From Virgibacillus sp. (lineage in GTDB: Bacteria; Bacillota; Bacilli; Bacillales; Amphibacillaceae): 64,000 bases of DNA. Below are positions 11,562-21,770 of this stretch, piece by piece (positions within the stretch are counted from its first letter, which is position 1; each line of letters starts with the position of its first letter). The translations under genes were made by a program, and so were the position numbers. The notes under the pieces were generated by a model. The model did not search any database and was not told the origin of the DNA. It was given only the letters and a program-made list of their open reading frames with translations. The stretch is taken from NCBI GenBank assembly GCA_041689365.1, contig JBDNGJ010000188.1:3150-67149 (forward strand), read 5' to 3'.

Positions 11562-12575
11562 ATGTCAAACGTTTATAAAGATGCCGGTGTCGATGTTGAT
11601 AAGGGGTATGAAGCCGTTGAGCGAATGAAAAAGCATGTTGCCAAAACATCCCGGCCGGAAGTACTGGGCGGAATTGGATCGTTTGCTGGTTTGTTTGAGC
11701 TATCCTCATTCAATTTCAAAGAACCTGTTATGGTTTCAGGGACGGATGGCGTCGGAACCAAGCTAAAACTGGCCTTCCAATTAGGAAAGCATGATACAGT
11801 TGGCGAAGATCTTGTTGCAATGTGTGTCAATGATATCGTTGCACAAGGTGCACAGCCATTATTTTTCCTAGATTATATAGCATGTGGTAAAAACAACCCC
11901 GAAATGATCGAGCAAATTGTTGCTGGAATTTCCAATGGATGTGTTACTGCAGGTGCAGCGTTAATTGGTGGTGAAACTGCTGAAATGCCTGGTATGTATA
12001 GTGATGATGAATACGACTTGGCCGGTTTTACAGTAGGCATTGCTGAAAAGTCCCGCTTAATTACAGGGGACGAAATTACGGCTGGTGATGCCGTTATCGG
12101 ATTGGCATCAAGTGGAATTCACTCGAATGGCTATTCATTAGTAAGAAAACTGGTAGAGGATCTTGATTTAACGAAAACATATGAAGGGTTGTCGAATTCA
12201 CTAGGAGACACACTTTTAACCCCTACCAGGATTTATGCAAAGGCAGTTTCTGCTGTTATGAAAAAAATATCAATCAAAGGAATTTCACATATTACAGGTG
12301 GAGGATTTTACGAAAATCTGCCACGCATGTTGCCTGAAGGACTTGGAATAGAGATTAATCATTCAAGCTGGCAACGTCCCGCAATATTTTCCTTTTTGCA
12401 AAAACAGGGCGACATACCTGATGAGGATATGTACAGCGTATTTAACATGGGAATTGGTATGGCAATCGTCGTTGGCCAGGAAGATGTTGCCGACGTATTA
12501 AATTGCTTACAAGGGGAAACAGCCTCCGTTATAGGGAAGGTTACATCAAACGAAGGAGTGTATTTTACATCATGA
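11562..12575 (+). CDS. purM: AIR synthase
   Basis: [31 protein letters not shown]. Confidence 0.98.
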   Translation: MSNVYKDAGVDVDKGYEAVERMKKHVAKTSRPEVLGGIGSFAGLFELSSFNFKEPVMVSGTDGVGTKLKLAFQLGKHDTVGEDLVAMCVNDIVAQGAQPLFFLDYIACGKNNPEMIEQIVAGISNGCVTAGAALIGGETAEMPGMYSDDEYDLAGFTVGIAEKSRLITGDEITAGDAVIGLASSGIHSNGYSLVRKLVEDLDLTKTYEGLSNSLGDTLLTPTRIYAKAVSAVMKKISIKGISHITGGGFYENLPRMLPEGLGIEINHSSWQRPAIFSFLQKQGDIPDEDMYSVFNMGIGMAIVVGQEDVADVLNCLQGETASVIGKVTSNEGVYFTS

Positions 12576-13132
12576 AAAAAATAAGGGCGGCTGTATTCGC
12601 ATCAGGTGCGGGCAGTAATTTTCAGGCTATCATGGAAAATAACGACCTTCTATGTGAAGTTGCGCTTCTCGTTTGTGACAAACCTGGTGCCAGTGTCCTT
12701 GAGAAAGCGAAGAAGTTTGGTGTCCCAACGCTCGTTTTTGATTCAAAGGAGTATGCATCAAAATCTGATTACGAAAAGGAGCTAGTCCGCAGGCTGCAAC
12801 AAGCAGATATTTCATGGATATTTTTAGCAGGGTACATGCGAATAGTCGGACCAACACTACTGCACGCCTATAAAAATAGGATTATTAACATTCATCCATC
12901 AATGCTGCCGGAATTCCCAGGTAAAGATGCAATTGGACAGGCCTTTAAGGCAGGAGTCAGTACGACTGGTGTAACTGTTCACTATATAGATGAAGGAATC
13001 GATACAGGACCAATAATCGCACAGGAATCGGTAGAAGTTTTCAGCGATGATACAGCGGAAACGTTGAAAGAGCGAATCCAGCAAGTGGAGCACAAATTGT
13101 ACCCTATAGTTATCAATCGGCTGATGAAGTGA
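12572..13132 (+). CDS. purN: GAR transformylase
   Basis: [27 protein letters not shown]; ATG 12572 overlaps the purM stop. Confidence 0.97.
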   Translation: MKKIRAAVFASGAGSNFQAIMENNDLLCEVALLVCDKPGASVLEKAKKFGVPTLVFDSKEYASKSDYEKELVRRLQQADISWIFLAGYMRIVGPTLLHAYKNRIINIHPSMLPEFPGKDAIGQAFKAGVSTTGVTVHYIDEGIDTGPIIAQESVEVFSDDTAETLKERIQQVEHKLYPIVINRLMK

Positions 13133-13139
13133 GGATGTA

Positions 13140-13482
13140 AACTCGCGCGACAACAGGGGGAACTCGCGCGACAAGTCGAAAACTCGCGCGATAACAGCCG
13201 GAACTCGCGCAACAAGTCAAAAACTCGCGCGACAACAGGTGGAACTCGCGCGAGCGGCACCGAAACTCGCGCGACAACAGGGAGAACTCGCGCGAGCGGC
13301 ACCGAAACTCGCGCGACAACAGGGAGAACTCGCGCGACAGCGTCCCAACTCGCGCGATAGCGGCCGAAACTCGCGCAACAATCACGGAAACTCGCGCGAC
13401 AAGTCGAAAACTCGCGCGATAGCGGCCGGAACTCGCGCAACAAGCACCGAAACTCGAGCGACAGCAGCCAGAACTCGCGCAA
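13140..13482. repeat. 17-unit tandem array, core AACTCGCGCRA with 9-10 nt variable spacers, between purN and purH
   Basis: Cores start at 13140,13161,13181,13202,13222,13243,13264,13285,13306,13327,13347,13368,13389,13409,13430,13451,13472 (period 20-21). Confidence 0.95.
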
Positions 13483-13530
13483 CGACCACCCAAAACAAAC
13501 ATAATATCCAAACAGTGAGGAGTATTCCAC

Positions 13531-15054
13531 ATGAAAAAACGAGCACTAATTAGCGTTTCTGACAAAGCCAACATTACCGAGTTTGCCGATGGACTTGTTG
13601 AATTAGGTTATGAAATTATTTCAACAGGTGGTACGCTGAAAAAATTAACTGAAGCAGGTATTCAAGCTATAGCAGTAGAAGATGTAACAGGTTTCCCGGA
13701 AATGCTTGGTGGCCGTGTTAAAACATTGCATCCGATAATTCATGCGGGGTTACTTGCAAAACGCGATAATGATGATCATCAGAAGCAGCTTGCAGAAAGT
13801 GGCATTCATCCAATAGATATGGTAGTTGTTAACCTTTATCCATTTAAGCAAAAGCTTAATCAATTGGATGTAACGGAAGAGGAAATCGTAGAAAACATTG
13901 ATATTGGCGGTCCTACAATGTTACGTGCAGCAGCAAAAAGTTTTGCTGATGTAACGGTTGTTGTTGATCCGGCTGATTATAACAGCATTTTGGAGTCATT
14001 ACAGGAAAATAGTCTAAACAAAACAGAACGGAAAAAGCTTGCTGCAAAAGTATTCAGCCATACAGCGCAATATGATTCAATGATTGCTAGTTATTTTACC
14101 GAGGATGCTTTTCCTGAGAATTATACCGTAACATATGAAAAGGCGCAGACCTTACGTTATGGAGAAAACCCACATCAAACTGCCGCATTTTATAAAAATC
14201 CAACTGAAACCATAATGAGTCTGGCTTCAGCAAAACAATTGCATGGAAAAGAACTTTCCTACAACAATATCCAGGATGCAAACGCAGCTCTTGAAATAAT
14301 TGCTGAATACGAGAGCCCTACTGCAGTCGCCGTGAAACACATGAATCCATGCGGAATTGGTGTTGCAGAAGGGATAAATCAGGCTTTTTCCAAGGCATAT
14401 GAGGCTGATTCTGTTTCGATTTTTGGCGGGATTGTTGCTTGCAACCGCAAAATTGATGTTGAGTTAGCGCATCAATTAAGCGAGATTTTTCTAGAAATTG
14501 TTATTGCGCCGGAATTTACCGAAGAAGCATTAGTAGTTTTGACGAAAAAGAAAAATATAAGATTGCTTGAATTGGCAATGGTTAATGAGCAGTCAACCTA
14601 TCACAAGCTGACAACGGTAAAAGGCGGCGTGTTAATTCAAAGTAATGATGACGCAGAAGTCGATCAAAAGGACCTTACATTTCCAACGGATAAAAAACCT
14701 TCTGAGGATGAAATCAAGGATCTGTTATTTGCCTGGAAAGCCGTAAAGCATGTGAAATCGAATGCTATCGTCCTGGCTAAAGGAATGCAGACGGTTGGTG
14801 TTGGTGCAGGGCAAATGAATCGTGTAGGGGCAGCAGGAATTGCGCTTGAACAGGCTGAAGAAAAGGCAAAAGGTGCAGTACTGGCATCCGATGCATTTTT
14901 CCCAATGCCAGACACAGTGGAGATAGCTGCAAAGGCTGGTATATCAGCGATTATTCAGCCAGGCGGATCTAAGCGTGACCAGGACTCGATTGATATGTGT
15001 AACGAGTACGGAATTTCCATGGTTTATACGGGGATGCGGCATTTTAAACATTAA
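13531..15054 (+). CDS. purH: Bifunctional AICAR transformylase/IMP cyclohydrolase
   Basis: RALISVSDK, GRVKTLHP, LRYGENPHQ, ASDAFFP. Confidence 0.98.
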   Translation: MKKRALISVSDKANITEFADGLVELGYEIISTGGTLKKLTEAGIQAIAVEDVTGFPEMLGGRVKTLHPIIHAGLLAKRDNDDHQKQLAESGIHPIDMVVVNLYPFKQKLNQLDVTEEEIVENIDIGGPTMLRAAAKSFADVTVVVDPADYNSILESLQENSLNKTERKKLAAKVFSHTAQYDSMIASYFTEDAFPENYTVTYEKAQTLRYGENPHQTAAFYKNPTETIMSLASAKQLHGKELSYNNIQDANAALEIIAEYESPTAVAVKHMNPCGIGVAEGINQAFSKAYEADSVSIFGGIVACNRKIDVELAHQLSEIFLEIVIAPEFTEEALVVLTKKKNIRLLELAMVNEQSTYHKLTTVKGGVLIQSNDDAEVDQKDLTFPTDKKPSEDEIKDLLFAWKAVKHVKSNAIVLAKGMQTVGVGAGQMNRVGAAGIALEQAEEKAKGAVLASDAFFPMPDTVEIAAKAGISAIIQPGGSKRDQDSIDMCNEYGISMVYTGMRHFKH

Positions 15055-15072
15055 ACATGAAGGGTGTTCTGA

Positions 15073-16317
15073 ATGAATATATTAGTTGTCGGACGAGGTG
15101 GACGTGAACATAGTATCGCAATGAATCTAGCCGAAAGTAATACTATTAATCAGTTATATGCGGCACCAGGTAATGGAGGAATTGCCGAAGTGGCCACATG
15201 TGTGGAAATTTCAGAAATGGACATCGATCGTTTAGTAGGATTTGCTAAAGAAAATACGATAGATCTCACAATTGTCGGACCAGAGAACCCATTGCTGGCA
15301 GGGATTGCTAATCGGTTTCAGGAAGAAAATCTAGCTATTTTTGCTCCGACTAAGGAAGGAGCCTTATTAGAAGGAAGTAAACGTTTTGCGAAATCATTTA
15401 TGCAAAAATATGACATTCCAACAGCTGACTATGCTAGCTTCACCGATCCTGACGATGCTAAGGAATATATTGAAGCAAAAGGCGCACCGATTGTAGTGAA
15501 AGCGGATGGACTTGCAGCTGGCAAGGGGGTTGTTGTTGCTGAAACAGAAAAAGAGGCAATCGAAGCTGTTGATGATATGCTGGTCAACAAGGCTTTTGCT
15601 GATGCTGGTGCAACAATAGTAATTGAAGAATGCCTAATCGGAAAAGAATTCTCGTTAATGGCATTTGTCCATGAAAAAAGTGTGTACCCGATGATTCCTG
15701 CTCGTGACCACAAACGTGCATACGACGATGATCAAGGACCGAACACAGGAGGCATGGGCGCTTATGCCCCGGTACCAGATATCTCCCAGAAAACCCTAGA
15801 CTATACAGTTGATAAAATTCTTCAAAGGACCGCCGATGGTTTAATGAATGAAGGGCGACCATTTACAGGAATTCTATATGCAGGGCTGATAATGACAGGA
15901 AATGGCCCAAAAGTAATCGAGTTCAACACACGTTTTGGTGATCCTGAAACACAAGTAGTTCTGCCGCTGCTGGTAAATAATCTTATCCAGGTTTTCTGGG
16001 ATGTGATGAACGGAACTGATCCAGATCTCGAATGGGATGAAAAGTACTGCGCCGGAGTAGTAGTTGCGGCGAAAGGCTATCCTGCTTCATATAAGAAGGG
16101 AATTCCACTAATGGAAATACAGCAATATACTGACGGATTTGTTGTTCAAGCGGGAACAAAGCAAACTGAGACAGGGCTAGTATCTGATGGTGGCAGGGTC
16201 CTACTGGCAGGGGCGAAGGGCTCTACTATATCTAAAGCTGCCGAAATTTCATATGAAATTCTGGGACCTTATGGTGTATCGAATGATTTTTACTACCGGA
16301 GAGATATTGGTAAATAA
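15073..16317 (+). CDS. purD: Phosphoribosylamine-glycine ligase
   Basis: GRGGREH, KADGLAAGKGV, GPNTGGMG, EFNTRFGDPE. Confidence 0.98.
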   Translation: MNILVVGRGGREHSIAMNLAESNTINQLYAAPGNGGIAEVATCVEISEMDIDRLVGFAKENTIDLTIVGPENPLLAGIANRFQEENLAIFAPTKEGALLEGSKRFAKSFMQKYDIPTADYASFTDPDDAKEYIEAKGAPIVVKADGLAAGKGVVVAETEKEAIEAVDDMLVNKAFADAGATIVIEECLIGKEFSLMAFVHEKSVYPMIPARDHKRAYDDDQGPNTGGMGAYAPVPDISQKTLDYTVDKILQRTADGLMNEGRPFTGILYAGLIMTGNGPKVIEFNTRFGDPETQVVLPLLVNNLIQVFWDVMNGTDPDLEWDEKYCAGVVVAAKGYPASYKKGIPLMEIQQYTDGFVVQAGTKQTETGLVSDGGRVLLAGAKGSTISKAAEISYEILGPYGVSNDFYYRRDIGK

Positions 16318-16331
16318 TAGTAATGGTATAT

Positions 16332-16365
16332 TGAGCCCGGGACGATATATTCGGTCCTGGGCTTT
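16332..16365 (+). terminator. Probable terminator after purD
   Basis: GAGCCCGGGAC...GTCCTGGGCTTTG hairpin. Confidence 0.55.
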
Positions 16366-16420
16366 GATCCTGTTTAGGAATCTATAATTTTTAGTGCTTA
16401 GGATTACTTTACTTCCAATC

Positions 16421-16590
16421 CAGCAACGTCCAGCGACTAGTGGATTTCCTTCACATCCCTACGATAAGTCAAGTTCAGCTAATTCTATGGAAGAAAGATT
16501 GACTAAGCCATCCCTTTTGCGGCAACGTCGACCCAACTGCAGCGCTGAGCGCAATCGATACTCGCTAAACGGGGGCTAGCGCTTTTGATC
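16421..16590. repeat. Dispersed intergenic repeat, copy 1 (same family as 38461-38617)
   Basis: Shared left part CAGCRACGTC..CTAGTGGAYTT..CTACGATAAGTCAA and right end CGCTRAAC.GG.GCT.GCGCTTTTG. Confidence 0.75.
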
Positions 16591-16591
16591 T

Positions 16592-18025
16592 TTACTCAAG
16601 AAATTCGTTAACCCATTGTGTATACTTTTCTTTATCATAACTTTTATACAATTCGCTGGATAGTATCGCTGGGTTTCCAAAGAAGAACCTTTCATATTGG
16701 GTCTGCCGAGTTCCAAATGCGCTCATTGTTAAGTCCCAAGCTAACCGAAATAGTTTAACCCGGTCATCTGCATCCCTTGACTTGCACTGCAAATATTGGT
16801 CTAAGTCTCCTCTGATTTCGGAGTTAAAATCCTCTTCTGTTGGTATCGAAATCATTCCACTAGATCCAAGTAGTTGCACTATCTCTATTAATCTTGGATA
16901 AACCTTTGGGAAAGAACTCATAGCCACCTGGAGTGGTTGTTGTTCTGGTCGCATTAATCCAAATTTGTCTATCGAGGCATTTTCTTCAGCCTTGGTTAAT
17001 AGAGCTTTCATTGTTTCCAAAGAGGTAATTATTTCGGAAACCTTTTCATGTACGTTTTGATATTCACCAATGTTTATGGCGTCTATAATTGATTGTGCAA
17101 CGCCCAGAACAAATTCAACTTTAACAATTTGTCTTGATACCACTTGATGAAGTGTAAATGGAAGAAATGCGCTATTTTCTTTAAATGAATTAGCAACCTT
17201 AAGATTTTTGTAAAAAAACACACGCTCCCATGGTACAATTACATTATCAAAAACAACAATTGAATCCATCTCTTCAAAGCGTGAACTCAGGGGATAGTTA
17301 AATTTAGAATCACCTTTAACAAATGATTCTCTGCAGATAAATTTTAATCCGTTTGTATGGCTGGGTATGGAAAATGCAAAGGCATTTGCCTTGTCTGTAA
17401 TGCCCCCGGGTGAGAAAACAAGCACCTCATCCGTGATTCCACCTTGGGTAGCAAGTAGGCGTGCCCCTTTAACTACTATTCCAATGTCGTTATCATCAAC
17501 AATCTTTGCAGCTATTGGTTTATCCGAGGATTCGAAATAGAGTTGTGAACGATTCACCTGAGGGTCTATGAATGTATGTGTAAAGGAAAGATCTTGTTCT
17601 CTAGCCTTTTCGTAAAACGCGGTAAGATGTTCTGGAAAACAGTTTTCCTGTCCTTCCAGTATTTGTACTGATGAAGCGAATGCCATTAATATTGTATTCA
17701 TATAATCCGGACTTCTTCCAAGCATGCCAGCGTTTGTTTTGGCCCATTGCTGAATCATATTACGACGTTTAATAAGATCATCTTTCGTTTTTGGTTGCAA
17801 ATAAGATGTACCTATTCTTTTACCCGTTGTTGGCGAAATATAGGTCATGAGGTCTTTAAGTTTATTATCTTGCTGTACGTCATATAAGGCTGCTTGGGAC
17901 TTAATTGCCCCCTTAAAAGCGGTATGCTCTGAAATATTTCCTTTAACCATTTCGCCAGTACACCAAACATCTGATTCTAATTGATTAATACGATTAACAT
18001 ACTCTTCCCCAGTTATTGTTGGCAC
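16592..18025 (-). CDS. hpaB: 4-hydroxyphenylacetate 3-monooxygenase oxygenase component (HpaB/YoaI-like)
   Basis: GRSPDYMN, HTFIDPQVNR, LSSRFEEMDS, RLAWDL..FGTRQTQYERFF; RBS AGGGGTGG favours GTG at 18025. Confidence 0.85.
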   Translation of the reverse strand: MPTITGEEYVNRINQLESDVWCTGEMVKGNISEHTAFKGAIKSQAALYDVQQDNKLKDLMTYISPTTGKRIGTSYLQPKTKDDLIKRRNMIQQWAKTNAGMLGRSPDYMNTILMAFASSVQILEGQENCFPEHLTAFYEKAREQDLSFTHTFIDPQVNRSQLYFESSDKPIAAKIVDDNDIGIVVKGARLLATQGGITDEVLVFSPGGITDKANAFAFSIPSHTNGLKFICRESFVKGDSKFNYPLSSRFEEMDSIVVFDNVIVPWERVFFYKNLKVANSFKENSAFLPFTLHQVVSRQIVKVEFVLGVAQSIIDAINIGEYQNVHEKVSEIITSLETMKALLTKAEENASIDKFGLMRPEQQPLQVAMSSFPKVYPRLIEIVQLLGSSGMISIPTEEDFNSEIRGDLDQYLQCKSRDADDRVKLFRLAWDLTMSAFGTRQTQYERFFFGNPAILSSELYKSYDKEKYTQWVNEFLE

Positions 18026-18237
18026 TGATACCACCCCTAACAAAAAAGATTAACGTCTAAAGGGAAATTCAATATATACCCATCTTATTTGAGTATTTAT
18101 CATTATGTTCCTTATTCTAGCTAGCAAGTAAAATAACGATATGTCACAAAACTTTCATTTTAATATACAAAAACTTTACAGTACTAAAGCGAAAAATATG
18201 TTAAGATGGAAAAAATTACACATTGGAGCGTTGCTAT

Positions 18238-19980
18238 ATGCTACAAAATGGATACTACTGGAGAAACCGTGAACTAAGGGAACATGTTGCTGTTATTGAT
18301 GGAAAAGTAGCACCAACAATTCTTTTGAAAAACGGAACATATTTAAACACATATACGAAGCAATGGTTACGTGCGAACATCTGGATTTTAAATGACCGCA
18401 TCGTGTATGTAGGGGATAAGCTTCCTGAAAATACTAAAACTACCGAAATGATAGACTGCGAGGGCTTATTTCTTGTGCCTGGGTACATGGAACCGCATGC
18501 ACACCCATTCCAGCTGTATAACCCCGAATCACTTGCTATGCATGCCGCAAAATTTGGAACAACTACATTGATAAATGATAACTTAATGTGGAATTTTTTA
18601 TTAGACAAAAAGAAAGCGTTTTCGCTGCTGGAGGAGTTCAATAGATTTCCTGTTTCAATGTATTGGTGGGCAAGATTTGATTCGCAAACAGCACTGCAGG
18701 ATGAGGGAGAACTTTTCAGTACCGAAAATGTGCTGTCCTGGTTGAATCATGAGTCAGTAGTACAAGGCGGAGAGCTGACATCATGGCCAAGTCTGCTCGC
18801 TGGCGATGACCGTCTGCTGTATTGGATTCAAGAGGCGAGGAAATCAGGCAAACCGATTGAAGGACATTTACCGGGTGCTTCCGAAAAGACTCTAACAAAA
18901 ATGAAATTGCTAGGTATATCAGCAGAACATGAAGCAATGACAGGAAAAGAAGCGATTAAACGACTACAGCTTGGCTATCAGGTTGGTCTGCGATATTCAT
19001 CGATACGCCCTGACTTACCAAATCTAATAGAAGAAATTCTTGAAGAAAACCTGCAAACCTTCGATAATATTACCATGACAACTGATGGAGCAACACCGTC
19101 ATTCTATGAAAATGGTGTCATGAACATGTGCATTGAGATTGCCATTGAAAAAGGTGTTCCTATTGCTGACGCATATCGTATGGCCTCGTTTAATGTTGCT
19201 AAGCATTATGGACTGCACGAGGAACTAGGAAGTATTGCACCGGGCAGAATTGCAAACATTAACTTTATCAGGCAAAAGGAAAACCCAAACCCAGTCAGTG
19301 TTCTGGCAAAGGGAGAATGGATTGTAAAAGATAATGTGGAACAGCACACTACGTTTAAAATAAACTGGGGAAAATATGATATAGAACCACTTACATTCGA
19401 CTGGGATCTGAATATGGAGGACCTGCAATTTTCTGTTCCAATCGGCCTTGAGATGGTAAATGAGGTAATTATAAATCCATACCCAATTGAAACTGACGTG
19501 ACGCTTGATTTTATACCAAGTAAATATGATGACGCGTTTCTTTTATTAGTAGATAGAAACGGGAAATGGCGTGTAAATACTGCGATTAAGGGATTCACAA
19601 ATCAGTTGGGTGCCCTGGCAAGCTCATTCTCGACGACAGGTGATCTCGTTTTTATCGGTAAAAGTAAACCTGATATGCTGATTGCCTGGGAACGTATGAA
19701 GGAACTTGGTGGAGGCCTTGTATTGGTGCATGAAGGTAAAATCATTTTTGAACTACCACTTAAGTTGGCTGGAAGTATGTTTGCCGGCGACATGAAAGAA
19801 TTGATGGAGAAAGAAAAACAGCTTAAAAGCTTGCTGAAAGAATTTGGCTATCATTTTACTGACCCAATTTATTCGATATTATTCCTGTCTTCAACCCATC
19901 TTCCATACATTCGAATTACGCAACAAGGAATTATGGACGTTAAGAAACGTGAAGTCCTCTTTCCAGCTAACATGCGATAG
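18238..19980 (+). CDS. yerA: Adenine deaminase-like amidohydrolase (YerA)
   Basis: PGYMEPHAHP metal motif, GSIAPGRIAN, C-terminal LSSTHLPYIRIT; synteny with yerB-yerC. Confidence 0.85.
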   Translation: MLQNGYYWRNRELREHVAVIDGKVAPTILLKNGTYLNTYTKQWLRANIWILNDRIVYVGDKLPENTKTTEMIDCEGLFLVPGYMEPHAHPFQLYNPESLAMHAAKFGTTTLINDNLMWNFLLDKKKAFSLLEEFNRFPVSMYWWARFDSQTALQDEGELFSTENVLSWLNHESVVQGGELTSWPSLLAGDDRLLYWIQEARKSGKPIEGHLPGASEKTLTKMKLLGISAEHEAMTGKEAIKRLQLGYQVGLRYSSIRPDLPNLIEEILEENLQTFDNITMTTDGATPSFYENGVMNMCIEIAIEKGVPIADAYRMASFNVAKHYGLHEELGSIAPGRIANINFIRQKENPNPVSVLAKGEWIVKDNVEQHTTFKINWGKYDIEPLTFDWDLNMEDLQFSVPIGLEMVNEVIINPYPIETDVTLDFIPSKYDDAFLLLVDRNGKWRVNTAIKGFTNQLGALASSFSTTGDLVFIGKSKPDMLIAWERMKELGGGLVLVHEGKIIFELPLKLAGSMFAGDMKELMEKEKQLKSLLKEFGYHFTDPIYSILFLSSTHLPYIRITQQGIMDVKKREVLFPANMR

Positions 19981-20027
19981 CGTATAATAGAAAAAGATAA
20001 AATTTATAAGTTGAAAGAGGTGTGGGT

Positions 20028-21086
20028 TTGAAGAAATTATTTTATTTCCTATTATTAATAATGGTTGTATTACTTGCAGCTTGCTCAGACGATGATAAGC
20101 AGGAAGCTGGAGACAATGAAACAAAGGAAAATGCAGTGGAAGAAAAAGATCAAGTGCAAGCTCCTGAAAAGCTAAATACATTCCCGTTAACAGGTATTAA
20201 AACTGATCAAAAAGTTAATGATCGGATTGTTAGTGTCATGGTAAATAACCATACAAAAGCAAGACCGCAATCTGGACTATCGAAAGCGGACCTTGTTTTT
20301 GAATTTCTGGCGGAAGGACAAATCACTCGATTTCTGGCTATGTTTCAGAGTGAGAAACCAGATGTTGTTGGTCCAGTAAGAAGTGCACGCGAGTACTATT
20401 TTGAGATAGCAGACAGGTATGATGCGTTATATATTTATCACGGAGCAGCGAACTTTGTAAATGATATGATTAAGAACCGCGGTATTGAACACTTGAATGG
20501 CTCTATTTATGATAATGATGGCCACTTATTTAAACGTGAATCCTTCCGCAATGCACCACATAACTCATACTTACAATTTGGAGCAGTTTATGATGTAGCA
20601 TCTCAAAAAGGATATGAAGTCACACATCCTTATGAGCCACTGCCATTTTTATCAGAAGATGAAGCAAAAAACATCTCAGGCGATGCAGCAAACCATGTCG
20701 AAATCGTGTATTCTGACAACAGTCCGATGGAAATTGTCGAATATGAATATGATGAAACAAGTGAAAAATATACACGATACAGCGATCAGAAAAAAACAGT
20801 CGAATTGAACTCTGAAGAACCGATACAGGTAGACAATATATTTATTGTTGAGACGTACCATGAAGTTATTGATGACGCAGGTCGACGTGAAATCGATATA
20901 ACTTCAGGAGGAAATGGATACCTAATTCAAAAAGGGAAGGTTCAGCAAGTCAAATGGGAGAATCGTGATGGGCGAATAATTCCTGTGAAGGATGGGAAGC
21001 CAGTTGAATTTGTACCTGGTAAAACATGGGTTAATGTTGTGCCGTCAAGTCCGGGAATTGGGCAATCTGTAAATATTTCGAATTAG
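20028..21086 (+). CDS. yerB: DUF3048 lipoprotein (YerB)
   Basis: Lipobox LLAAC; NNHTKARPQSGL, GPVRSAR. Confidence 0.85.
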   Translation: MKKLFYFLLLIMVVLLAACSDDDKQEAGDNETKENAVEEKDQVQAPEKLNTFPLTGIKTDQKVNDRIVSVMVNNHTKARPQSGLSKADLVFEFLAEGQITRFLAMFQSEKPDVVGPVRSAREYYFEIADRYDALYIYHGAANFVNDMIKNRGIEHLNGSIYDNDGHLFKRESFRNAPHNSYLQFGAVYDVASQKGYEVTHPYEPLPFLSEDEAKNISGDAANHVEIVYSDNSPMEIVEYEYDETSEKYTRYSDQKKTVELNSEEPIQVDNIFIVETYHEVIDDAGRREIDITSGGNGYLIQKGKVQQVKWENRDGRIIPVKDGKPVEFVPGKTWVNVVPSSPGIGQSVNISN

Positions 21087-21107
21087 TATGAACCAGGAGG
21101 TTTCGTT

Positions 21108-21407
21108 GTGCAAATTGATAAATTACGCGGAAAACAGTTAGATCAGATGTTTGATGCTATTCTGTCACTTAAAGATCGTGAGGAATGCTATAAATTTTTT
21201 GATGATATTGCAACAATGTCAGAAATACACTCTATTGCCCAGCGATTGCAAGTTGCAAAGATGTTAACAGAAGGTCACACATACAATGTTATCGAAAATG
21301 AAACGAATGCCTCAACCGCTACTATATCACGTGTCCGGCGATGTATTAACTTTGGCAGTGATGGCTATCAGTTGGTTTTAGGTCGTATTATGGACGAGGA
21401 AGAATAA
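21108..21407 (+). CDS. yerC: TrpR-like protein YerC/YecD
   Basis: QRLQVAKML, ASTATISRV. Confidence 0.9.
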   Translation: MQIDKLRGKQLDQMFDAILSLKDREECYKFFDDIATMSEIHSIAQRLQVAKMLTEGHTYNVIENETNASTATISRVRRCINFGSDGYQLVLGRIMDEEE

Positions 21408-21410
21408 AAC

Positions 21411-21445
21411 AATGACGCTATCTCGTTGAGATAGCGTCATTTTTC
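21411..21445 (+). terminator. Intrinsic terminator after yerC
   Basis: AATGACGCTATCTC-gtt-GAGATAGCGTCATTTTT. Confidence 0.85.
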
Positions 21446-21589
21446 TCTAAACTCCTTATACTTAGGAGTGCGAGCTATACCTGCAGTTATGTAGTAAGAA
21501 ACCAACTTGGCTACCAAATGTGCAGCCGCCATCTATCAAGAAAGATTTGTAATCGAATTAGAGCTTTCACATAGCCAACTTGAGGTTTT

Positions 21590-21770
21590 GCGGACACCAG
21601 AGCCCTTATATGGCGGAAATCCATAAAATGGACTTGTTGGCGGACACCAGGGACCCTATTTGGCACAAATGCCCCCTATTTACCATGATATATGTAAAAT
21701 AAGGGCTTTTGTGTCCGGATAAGTTCGAAAAGGTCACTTATTTATAGAAATAGCGTCTCCTGTGTCCGCA
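21590..21770. repeat. Nested direct/inverted repeat cluster (GCGGACACCAG x2, then reverse-type TGTGTCCG x2)
   Basis: Forward copies at 21590 and 21640; reverse copies ending near 21717 and 21769; CCCTTAT/ATAAGGG arms. Confidence 0.75.

Noticed and set aside
13140-13482. purN-purH array as a CRISPR or guide-RNA array
   Set aside because: The repeat (11 nt) and spacers (9-10 nt) are far too short, spacers are related to each other, and no cas or other effector gene is in the window.
12982-13574. ORFs 12982-13530(-), 13113-13574(-) and 13239-13553(+) as repeat proteins
   Set aside because: They are stop-free only because of the GC-rich array, overlap purN/purH, and the 20-nt units shift the peptide pattern between frames.
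16535-16582. Cluster of 6-bp palindromes (GTCGAC, CTGCAG, AGCGCT, ATCGAT, GCTAGC) as a cloning polylinker
   Set aside because: It lies inside a natural repeat family with a second copy at 38461, and there is no vector or marker sequence.
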